NCBI GenBank assembly: GCA_964016885.1 | Contig: OZ024741.1 | Location: 398,536,001-398,600,000 of the forward strand | Reading direction: 5' to 3' | From: Eledone cirrhosa | Lineage: Eukaryota | Length of the DNA: 64,000 nucleotides | Shown: positions 50,402 to 60,501 of the stretch, one piece after another | Layout of the letters: each line of letters opens with the position of its first letter | Position numbering within the stretch: position 1 is the first letter of the stretch | Position numbers and translations under genes: made by a program | Notes under the pieces: model-generated | The model's database searches: none | Seen by the model: only the letters and a program-made list of their open reading frames with translations | Told to the model about the DNA's origin: nothing

Positions 50402-51718
50402 ATGGGTAGAAATAACAAAATTGCCATGGTGATATCCATCGATGAAATATGCGACAAAACCGGCCGATGTCCCAAAATAGAACATTGCCCAGAAAATCAC
50501 ATCTGCCATATCTGTGCGGAACCCGAAAACTCGTTCCGTAATCGCTGGGTCGAATGTGGAACCTGTCGCATCTCTGTCTGCCTTCAATGCGCCACAGGCT
50601 TCCGGAGGATCCCAGGCCAAAAAAAGAGACATCATAATGCTATGATGGATGGAATATGGGAGATGGTCCAGCTAAAATCCTGGTCCTTTCAGTGTCTGGC
50701 CTGTGTGCCTGCCTACACTAATGTTATTAATGTTATTGAAAAACAACACCAACAACAAAAACCAATGACTGTGTCTTCCTCTACCATTGTTACTGAACAA
50801 CGGCAAAAACCTATGACACTGGCTTCTACTGCTGTTCCTGTGGGAGAACATCAGAAACAACAACAACCCATGTCTTCCACTCCCAGTACATCTCAACACC
50901 AACAACTGGTGACTGTGTCTTCCCCTACCATTCCCGTGGAGGAACATCATCATCACCAACAACAACAACAGCAACAACCTGCGACTGTGTCCTCCCCTGC
51001 CATTCCCGTGAAGGAACATCATCATCACCAACAACGACAGCAGCAGCAGCAACAACAACAACCGACCAGTACAGATTTTGCGGAACTGCAACTAATGATT
51101 TCTGCTCTGAGAAGGGAAGTTGCAGGAATAGAGGCAAGCATTCGGGTAGGACCTCACAATGAGGGGTCTTATCGGAATGCCTTGCTAAAGAATCTCCCTG
51201 TACCTCTTGCTGAAAAGACTGAAAAGACTGCGGAATCTGCTACCCATGAAGTGATTGCCATTGGGGTACCAGAGGACAAGGCTGATCTCCAGGCATTTGC
51301 TGCCAGCTCAGCCAAAGACTTAGGCTGTGTTCCCCCAAAGGGTGCCCTCCGCCTTGGTCGACCTGGTCCAAAACCCAGACTCATCAGGCTGTCTTTCTCG
51401 GACCCCGCAGAAGCAACCTCATATCATCTGGCCTCTGCTAAAGCTGGGCGTGAAAATCGGATTACCTTCCGAACACGCCCAGGCCTACCACCCCATGTAT
51501 GTCCAGGCCTACCACCCCATGTACGTCCAAAACTACGTGCTGCAGCTTCCTTGAATCGGAACTCAGCACAAGATGAAAGTTTCAGTCTGCGTGATGATGG
51601 GCAGATCTGGAGGTTTGTCAAGGCTGGTGAAACGTGGAAGAGAGATACCAGCTGGTCTGAGTGTGATATACCCACAATAACTGGCGATGTAAAAACTGCT
51701 ACAACTCTGGGAAACTAA
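50402..51718 (+). CDS. CR1 ORF1 protein: PHD-like zinc finger, Gln/His-rich linker, coiled coil, RRM-like C-terminus
   Basis: ATG 50402; CHIC...CGTC....CLQC...CLAC; LRLGR...PRLIRL motif; open to TAA 51716-51718. Confidence 0.85.
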   Translation: MGRNNKIAMVISIDEICDKTGRCPKIEHCPENHICHICAEPENSFRNRWVECGTCRISVCLQCATGFRRIPGQKKRHHNAMMDGIWEMVQLKSWSFQCLACVPAYTNVINVIEKQHQQQKPMTVSSSTIVTEQRQKPMTLASTAVPVGEHQKQQQPMSSTPSTSQHQQLVTVSSPTIPVEEHHHHQQQQQQQPATVSSPAIPVKEHHHHQQRQQQQQQQQPTSTDFAELQLMISALRREVAGIEASIRVGPHNEGSYRNALLKNLPVPLAEKTEKTAESATHEVIAIGVPEDKADLQAFAASSAKDLGCVPPKGALRLGRPGPKPRLIRLSFSDPAEATSYHLASAKAGRENRITFRTRPGLPPHVCPGLPPHVRPKLRAAASLNRNSAQDESFSLRDDGQIWRFVKAGETWKRDTSWSECDIPTITGDVKTATTLGN

Positions 51719-54540
51719 ACCAGAACAACCTGCCACCCTCTACACACCATCATAAACTGCGAGCAGGGTACAAATTGTTGTCCTTAAATGCTCGCAGTTT
51801 ATGCAACAAGATACATCTGTTCGAATCCTACGTCAGAAGCATCGACCCTGACTTCATCACAGTCACGGAAACATGGGCACATTCCTTACTCTGTGATGGG
51901 GTTTTCACCATTACTGGGTACAACCTTTTCCGCAAGGACCGCATTAACCGCCGTGGTGGTGGTGTGATGGTCTACGTTCGTTCAAACTTTTCGGTAATTT
52001 CTTGCGTTGATTTGAACGAATCACAGGAAGAAGTTTTTTTCTGTGACATACGTATGACCATGTCAACACTTCTGCTTGGTGTTGTTTATCGCCCCCCAAA
52101 CTACCATCAGGACACACAGCTTTGCGATATCCTCAGAGTTGCTGCCAAGAAAACAGCCACTTATGTGTTTATTGCAGGTGACTTCAATCATCCTGAGATC
52201 GATTGGGAAACCTTTCGTTGGCCACAGGGTGCAAACAATTTCCTTGAACTAGTGCTGGACTCAAACTGGTCACAAGTAGTCACCTCTCCAACAAGAGGTG
52301 ACAACACTTTGGACCTGATCTTCACCACTACTCCTGAAGTGGTTATCAGTTGTACTACTGAGGAACCTCTAGGCGACTCTGATCATGCTATGATCATTGC
52401 CAATCTGGCACTTGAGGGCAGCAACAAAAACCAGAGCCATCTCCAATCTGCTTGCTTTGATTGGAAGAGGGCGGATTGGAACTTGTACTGCACTGAGCTA
52501 CAGCGCCCAAACTGGCATGAGATGTATAACTCTGGAGATGTGAACTCTATACTCCAGAGCATCCTGGACTCAATATGGATAGCGTGTGCAGCATCAGTGC
52601 CACGGAAGCGGAAAAATAACCACCCCAAAAGTGCAATCTGGGAAACTTCAGCGGTCCGACTTGCCAGGAAAGAACGTCGGAACGCTGAACGGGAATATAA
52701 ACTGCATAGATCAGATGCCAACAGAAAAAAGCGGAATAAATCTTCTAACCATCTCAAGCAAGTGACAAAGAAAGCAGTGCTTGAATTTGAACAGTGCATC
52801 GCAACCAATCCTGACAGTAAGGTGTTCTGGAAATATGTTCATTCAAAGCAGAGACCTCACTCTCCAGTTGGTCCTCTTCGCAATCCCCACACAAGCCAGA
52901 TCACTGACGATCCCAAGGAATGCGCAGAACTCATTGCTGAGTGCTATGCAAGTATTTTTACGGTTGAAAACCAGAATGTACCATCTCCACCATCTCTAAC
53001 ATCAAATTCCATAACAACTATGGAATTTACACCTGCAATGTTGCGACGTCACCTTAAGAATAAGCGCAACTATGCCTCCCCTGGTCTTGATGGTGTGACA
53101 TACCTGCTTCTCAAACATGGCGGGGATTTCCTTTTGCGCCAGCTTTCTTTTTTCTTTCAATACTGTCTTAGCAATGGTGCTACTCTGGAGCAGTGGAAAA
53201 CTGCCAGTGTCATTCCCCTGTTCAAAAAGGGCAACCGCATGTCACCTGTCAACTATCGTCCAGTCAGTCTTACTAGCTGTATGGCCAAACTGATGGAATC
53301 CTGTGTCAGAGAAACACTTTGGAACTTCTGGAGCTCTCACAGCCTCATCCGGCCCTCACAGTTTGGATTTATCCCTAACTCCAGCTGCTGTGATCAGCTT
53401 ATCGAGTTCCTTGAGGACATCACCCAGATCACTGACAGCGGCTCATGGGTGGATGTTGTTTACCTTGACTTTGCTAAGGCTTTTAATTCTGTGCCACACA
53501 AAAGACTTATGGCAAAACTCTTTGCAATGGGTGTGAGGGATGATCTTTTTGACTGGCTGAAATCCTTCATTCTCAGCCGAAAGGAAGTAGTCACGGTTCT
53601 AGGACAGCATTCTTCACCATATGAGATGTCATCTGGTGTACCACAGGGATCTGTTCTTGGTCCTCTTTTGTTTGTGGCATATATTAATGACATAGATGCC
53701 AACTTACAGAATGCCATGGTACTAAAATATGCAGATGACATCAAGCTGTACCTTGAAATCAAAAGGACTGATCCTGAAATTTACAACTCTTTCCTACAGT
53801 CAGACCTGGGCACAATGCAGCAATGGATCACAGACTGACAACTGAAGCTGGCTGTGGACAAGTGTACCACCATGCATTTTGGAAGGAAAAATCCAGCGTC
53901 TACATACTCCCTCCACAACACTGACATCAAAAAGTCCTCTTGTGAACGTGACCTGGGCATTACTGTCAGCAACGATTTGCGTTGGACAAAGCATGTCTCT
54001 AAGATTGTCAAGAAGGCCGAGGGTGTCTTGGAATCACTCAGCAAGACCTTTGTTAGCCGCTCTCCAGCCATCTATTTAAAACTGTATACAGCTATGGTGC
54101 GACCACACTTGGAATTCGCATCATCAGTCTGGAACCCCTATCTTGCTCGGAACATTGACCTCCTGGAAACTGTTCAGAGACGTGCAACCAAGCGCATACC
54201 CGCCATCAGACACCTACCATACTCTGAACGCCTTGCTTCCCTGGGCATGGATTCATTGAAGCTCCGACGTCTGGCAATGGACTTGGTGAATACCCACAAA
54301 GTTTTTAACCATCTCGCCAACTGCAACCCTGAGCGCCTCTTTGATCTCCATGTGTCTAACACACGTGGACATGCCTACAAGATAAGAAAACAGCACAGCT
54401 CCCATGACTTTCGCAGACATTTTTTCACGCTCAGAGTTGCTGAAGCATGGAACAAACTGCCTGCGTCAATTGTTAGCTGCCGAGACACTGCATCCTTTAA
54501 GACACTCATGCTTCCCAAAATACGCCAAAACTACACCTGA
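51716..54540 (+). pseudogene. CR1 ORF2 (APE endonuclease + RT) with one premature TGA at 53836-53838
   Basis: TGG in the 33288 copy is TGA here; otherwise a single open frame. Confidence 0.92.
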
Positions 54541-54853
54541 TGTACCCCTTCCATACACATGCACACATGTGTGTATCATGACTCGTGCACTGTTCATTTT
54601 ACTGATGTTTGTGCATTGCCCTATGTACTGTACATGCACTTTTTTGATGAGTTGTGGTGCACCTGGGCACTGTACACAATATTTCATTATTGTTATTGTT
54701 ATTATATCATGACTCATACACTGTTCATTTTCCTGACATTTGTACATTATTCTATGTACTATACATGCACCTTTGATGAGTTGTAGTGCACCTGAGCACT
54801 GTACACAATAATTTCATTATTATTATTATTATTATGAGCTCTGCCAGGTTTAA

Positions 54854-55073
54854 CCCTTTAGCATTCACATTATTTTATATTTACTATTATATTTTCATGG
54901 TAAAGGCTTTACTTCACATAATTATCTCATATAATATCGAATCTATGAGATTTTAAAAGTATTTATTTCTAGAACAATACCTTAACATCAGTTTGAGCGA
55001 CCAGTTACAGCCAGTTTCAACAGAAAGAGGTAGAGAATTCTGGCCGGTTTTGGCCGGTTTGAACACTAAAGGG
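54854..55073. mobile_element. piggyBac-type MITE
   Basis: TTAA|CCCTTTAG ... CTAAAGGG|TTAA. Confidence 0.75.
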
Positions 55074-55707
55074 TTAAAATGTCCTAGAAACACCATATAT
55101 CAATATGGCACCAATACGACTCCCCTAGGAGTTATGGGTCGATACCATACCATATCATACAGTGGTGTATGTCTTTTATTGGGTATGTAGATATATAATA
55201 TATATATATATACTATTAATGAAAGAAACTGAGAAGGACCTATCCAACCCAAACAACTTAGAAACAGCGTATGTCGCTATAGTGCCTCTACAACCCTGTC
55301 AGAATCACAGGTCCATACATACCTGATAATTGTTTCTATTTGGCTCAAAGCCAGCAATTACCCAGTATATTACTGGTACTTTAGTTTATCGACCCCGTAA
55401 GGATGAAAGGCAAAGTTAACTTCGACGGGATTTGAACTCAGACCATAAAGGAACGTAGCTATGCCAATTCACTGTACATACCTGATAATGCTGACTGTAA
55501 TTAAATCATGCTTTGTTATTATTATTTTATGAAATTACTCAGTATATGACAAGTAAGATGCTTCTTTCTTGTATAAAACATACAACACCTAGTGTTTTCT
55601 CTGTCGGTGACTAAGACAGCCAGTATGGTTATTTTTTCTAAAGTCAGAAGTCTTGTCAAGCCTGTAGACTCATCGGGCCGATGCTTATCTCAGTTTCCTT
55701 GGTGTTA

Positions 55708-56750
55708 AGTGGCTGTGTTAAGACACCAGTCCACACAGGGTGTGGCTGTGTTAAGACACCCATCACAGGGCGTGGCTGTGTTAGGACACCAGTCACAGGG
55801 TGTGGCTGTGTTAAGACACTCATCACAGAGTATGGCTGTGTTAAGACACCCATCACAGGGTGTGGCTGTGTTAAGACACCCATCACAGGGTGTGGCTGTG
55901 TTAAGACACCCATCACAGGGTGTGGCTGTGTTAAGACACCCATCACAGGGTGTGGCTGTGTTAAGACACCAGTCACAGGGTGTGGCTGTGTTAAGACACC
56001 AGTCACAGGGTGTGGCTGTGTTAAGACACCAGTCACAGGGTGTGGCTGTGTTAAGACACCCATCACGGTGTGGCTGTGTTAGGACACCTGTCACAGGGTG
56101 TGGCTGTGTTAAGACACCAGTCACAGGGTGTGGCTGTGTTAAGACACCAGTCACAGGGTGTGGCTGTGTTAAGACACCAGTCACAGGGTGTGGCTGTGTT
56201 AAGACACCCATCACGGTGTGGCTGTGTTAGGACACCTGTCACAGGGTGTGGCTGTGTTAAGACACCAGTCCATCACAGGGTGTGGCTGTGTTAAGACACC
56301 AGTCACAGGGTGTGGCTGTGTTAAGACACCAGTTCATCACTGAGTGTGGCTGTGTTAAGACACCAGTCCATCACAGGGTGTGGCTGTGTTAAGACACCAG
56401 TCCATCACAGGGTGTGGCTGTGTTAAGACACCAGTCACAGGGTGTGGCTGTGTTAAGACACCAGTCCATCACAGGGTGTGGCTGTGTTAAGACACCAGTC
56501 ACAGGGTGTGGCTGTGTTAAGACACCAGTCACAGGGTGTGGCTGTGTTAAGACACCAGTCACAGGATGTGGCTGTGTTAAGACACCCATCACAGGGTGTG
56601 GCTGTGTTAAAACACCAGTCCATCACAGGGTGTGGCTGTGTTAAGACACCAGTCACAGGGTGTGGCTGTGTTAAGACACCAGTCACAGGGTGTGGCTGTG
56701 TTAAGACACCAGTCACAGGGTGTGGCTGTGTTAAGACACCCATCACAGGG
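55708..56750. repeat. Minisatellite, 30-bp unit (28/34-bp variants), about 34 copies
   Basis: TGTGGCTGTGTTAAGACACCAGTCACAGGG repeats. Confidence 0.95.
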
Positions 56751-56899
56751 TTATGTCAATCATCATCGATCAATATATGGTTAAAGGTCTACCAAATATA
56801 AATAAAATCTTGGAAGCTAGGAAAGATTCAACAAGGGAAACTTCTAGATGTTCTCCAGCTTCTCTTGTTTCCTCTTTTCTTTTTCGTTTGTCTTAGGCA

Positions 56900-57775
56900 T
56901 AATCTGCCAACAACAACCCTGAGTACCTTTTTGATTTCCATGTGTCTAACACACGTGGGCATGCCTACAAAGTCAGAAAGCACAGATCCCATGACTTTCG
57001 GAAACATTTTTTCACGCTCAGAGTTGCTGAAGCATGGAACAAACTACCTGCATCAGTTGTTAGCTGTCGAGGCACTGCATCCTTTAAAACCTCCATGGAA
57101 CAAACTACCTGCATCAGTTATTAGCTGTCGAGACACTGCATCCTTTAAAGCCTCCATGGAACAAACTACCTGCATCAGTTGTTAGCTGTCAAGACACTGC
57201 ATCCTTTAAAACCTCCATAGAACAAACTACTTGCATCAGTTGTTAGCTGTCGAGACACTGCATCCTTTAAAACCTCCATGGAACAAACTACCTGCATCAG
57301 TTGTTAGCTGTCGAGACACTGCATCCTTTCAAACCTCCATGGAACAAACTACCTGCATCAGTTATTAGCTGTCGAGACACTACATCCTTTAAAACCTCCA
57401 CGGAACAAACTATCTGCATCAGTTGTTAGCTGTCGAGACACTACATCCTTTAAAACCTCCACGGAACAAACTACCTGCATCAGTTGTTAGCTGTCGAGAC
57501 ACTACATCCTTTAAAACCTCCACGGAACAAACTATCTGCATCAGTTGTTAGCTGTCGAGACACTGCATCCTTTAAAACCTCCATGGAACAAACTACCTGC
57601 ATCAGTTATTAGCTGTTGAGACACTGCATCCTTTAAAACCTCCATGCTTCCTGAGATTCGCCAACACTACACCTGATGTCCCCTATTCACTTCCCTGACA
57701 TTTGTATATTATTCTATGTACTATATATGTACCTTTGATGAGTTGTAGTGCACCTGAGCTCTGTACACAATTTTA
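56900..57775 (+). mobile_element. CR1 3' fragment containing 10 tandem copies of the same 61-bp unit (57036-57645)
   Basis: GGAACAAACTACCTGCATCAGTTGTTAGCTGTCGAGACACTGCATCCTTTAAAACCTCCAT repeats. Confidence 0.92.
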
Positions 57776-57972
57776 ATATTTGAAATTTTATTTTTGTTAT
57801 TTTTTTCTTTTCTTATTTTAGTTTTTAGTTCTTTTTTTTATTACTTGTCTCACTAACTCTTTTTTATTACCAACTGTAAGGAGTACTCAATACTTCCCCT
57901 AGTCTGTCATAGCTTACTAGCTCTATACAGATGTTTAAATTGAATAAATAAATAAATATTCTTGTCTTTCAG

Positions 57973-58243
57973 ATACTCGAGTGTCTTCCAGAACTTAAAG
58001 CAGCTAAAGTTAAACCATAGACTTGATGAACCAATTGGAAAGTTGAATGTCTATATTCTAGATCTGTGTAACGCTCTTTGGCGTTACAAAGCTTTTGTTA
58101 CCACAGATCAACACTCTGGTTCCAATCTCTTTGACTTTGATATTTTCTCTCAACCTGGAATTCACAGCAAGTCTGTCAATTCCTCTTTATCAGTGTTACA
58201 TCACCAGGCATTTTTGGGACATGCCCTGTCATTTCTCAAACAG
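57973..58243 (+). CDS. CENPI: CENP-I exon 16 (YSSVFQNLK...LNVYILDLCNALWRYKAF...SLSVLHHQAFLGHALSFLKQ); gene continues past the window
   Basis: TTTCAG/GTTAGT, phase 2-0; matches N.Y......CLW..K.F and SL.V.HHP.FL..A.SFL.Q. Confidence 0.95.
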
Positions 58244-58265
58244 GTTAGTTATCTCACCTCACCTC

Positions 58266-58305
<40 letters not shown>

Positions 58306-58402
58306 TTCTTTCTTTCTTTTATTTGCAATGAAACTAACCCTGTTGACCATAAAAGGTTTCTCCTTACGTACAAAAGGACGACTGTATGATGCCTGTGTGT
58401 GA

Positions 58403-58685
58403 AGTGTGGTGCTACATGGTAATAAAACATGGGCAGTGACTGCAGAAGACATGTGGTGCTACATGGTAGTGATACATGGGCAGTGACTGCAGAAGACATG
58501 TGGTGCTACATGGTAGTGAAACATGGGCAGTGACTGCAGAAGACATGTGGTGCTACATGGTAGTGATACATGGGCAGTGACTGCAGAAGACATGTGATGT
58601 TACATGGTAGTGAAACATGGGCAGTGACTGCAGAAGACATGTGATGTTACATGGTAGTGAAACATGGGCAGTGACTGCAAAAGAT
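58403..58685 (+). repeat. 47-bp unit x about 6, amplified inside an RTE ORF fragment (58320-58760)
   Basis: Unit encodes LHGSETWAVTAED; RTE sequence continues on both sides. Confidence 0.9.
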
Positions 58686-59021
58686 ATGTATAGATTGGAG
58701 AGAAATGAAGCTACCATGCTTCGTTGGATGTGTGAAGTGTGATGCTGCATGGTAGTGAAACATAAATGGTACTTTATTTTATCGCCTTTGAAAGGATGAA
58801 ATGCAAGGGTGACTCTTCCCTGTGAGATTTGAACTCAGAATTAAACCAAACACTGCAAACCATTTATCTGATGCCCTAATGTTACTGCTAACCTACCTCC
58901 CACTATTGCAAATGTAGGGGTAATATTAAATAAATGAAAGTGTGAAAGCTGTAAAGCTAGTTTGGGGACTTACCTTTGTAATATTTTTATTAGTATGTCA
59001 AGGAAAATATCTACTGCCTAT

Positions 59022-59640
59022 AGTGGAGGCATGTGACCTAGTGGTAAGGGTGTTGGATTTATGATCATAATGTCGTGGGTTCGATTCCTGGGATGAGTGG
59101 TATGTAACCTAGTGGTAAGGGTGTTGGACTTATGATCATGATGTCGTGGGTTCGATTCCTGGGATGGGTGGTATGTGACCTAGTGGTAAGGGTGTTGGAC
59201 TTATGATCATAATGTCGTGGGTTTGATTCCTGGGATGAGTGGTATGTAACCTAGTGGTAAGGGTGTTGGACTTATGATCATGATGTCGTGGGTTCGATTC
59301 CTGGGATGGGTGGTATGTGACCTAGTGGTAAGGGTGTTGGACTTATGATCATGATGTCGTGGGTTCGATTCCTGGGATGGGTGGTATGTGACCTAGTGGT
59401 AAGGGTGTTGAACTTATGATCATAATGTCGTGGGTTCAATTCCTGGACTGGGTTGTATGTTGTGTTCCTGAGCAAAACACTTCATTTCATGTTGCTTTAG
59501 TATACTTAGCAGAAAATGAGTACTATCAATAGCTGGGGGTTTAACCCTATGATGGACTGGTGTCCTATCTGGGTAGGGGAGACAATTTTCAACCCTCAGT
59601 CACCTAATGCTATGAAACTGGGATAAGCACCAGTCTGATG
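59022..59640 (+). mobile_element. CORE-like SINE whose 71-bp tRNA-like head is repeated six times
   Basis: CTAGTGGTAAGG...GGTTCGATTCC at 59038, 59109, 59180, 59251, 59322, 59393, followed by a single SINE body. Confidence 0.88.
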
Positions 59641-59760
59641 AGCAAGTTCGATTCCTGTATCAGATAATGCATTATGTCCTTGAGCAAGTCACTTTATTTC
59701 ACTTCTGACTGGTAGAGAGTATCAGATATTGGAAAGAACAATGGAAAATATTGTTTTGGT

Positions 59761-60066
59761 CAGATTTGGCAAGTTCCACTTCAGTTGGTAAGGGAGATTT
59801 GGAAGTCAGATTTGGCAAGTTCCACTTCAGTTGGTAAGGGAGATTTGGAAGTCAGATTTGGCAAGTTACACTTCAGTTGGTAAGGGAGATTTGGAAGTCA
59901 GATTTGGCAAGTTCCACTTCAGTTGGTAAGGGAGATTTGGAAGTCAGATTTGGCAAGTTACACTTCAGTTGGTAAGGGAGATTTGGAAGTCAGATTTGGC
60001 AAGTTACACTTCAGTTGGTAAGGGAGATTTGGCAAGTTCCACTTCAGTTGGTAAGGGAGATTTGGA
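59761..60066. repeat. Minisatellite, 46-bp unit, about 6.5 copies
   Basis: CAGATTTGGCAAGTT(C/A)CACTTCAGTTGGTAAGGGAGATTTGGAAGT. Confidence 0.92.
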
Positions 60067-60441
60067 ATGTTGTCAATTGATTCCTTCAGATATCTTGATC
60101 TGCCAGGAATTAGTACCAGCAATGGAAAGATCAATGGAAACATTGTTTCCTTGGTCCAATTTGACGAGGTCCATCTCAACAAATGAGGTCTGGGATCTTG
60201 TTGGTTGACTTCCTCCTTCTCCTTATATAGAACATGTATGTTTACACCTGTAATTTATAACACTTGGTATGTGAGTGGTGTAGAGCAGGTAAACTAAGTT
60301 AATTACTCAATTTCAAGGTAATTTTCCAAGAAAAACATTCTTGCTTCCAATTCCACTCACTGTAAAATGGAATATATATATATATACACACACATATATG
60401 TATATGTATGTGTATATATATATAAACACACACACATATAT

Positions 60442-60498
<57 letters not shown>

Positions 60499-60501
<3 letters not shown>

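Larger units (their letters stand above)
49600..54835 (+). mobile_element. Near full-length CR1-type LINE (5' boundary uncertain)
   Basis: Putative 5' UTR, ORF1, ORF2 with one nonsense codon, doubled 3' UTR, (ATT)n tail. Confidence 0.9.

Noticed and set aside
53836-53838. In-frame TGA (also at 13933) as selenocysteine or programmed readthrough
   Set aside because: Sister copies have TGG and AGA at these positions; these are ordinary nonsense mutations.
59038-59450. tRNA gene cluster
   Set aside because: Units are SINE heads continuous with a SINE body and lack a proper acceptor stem.
60088-60208. Possible final CENP-I exon after CCTTCAG
   Set aside because: In the required phase 0 it reads ATA TCT TGA and shows no resemblance to the expected C-terminal motif; the terminal exons probably lie beyond the window.
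60367-60498. N-terminal extension of the 1152-aa ORF (YIYIYI...)
   Set aside because: Read-through of a (TA)n/(CA)n microsatellite upstream of the RTE element.
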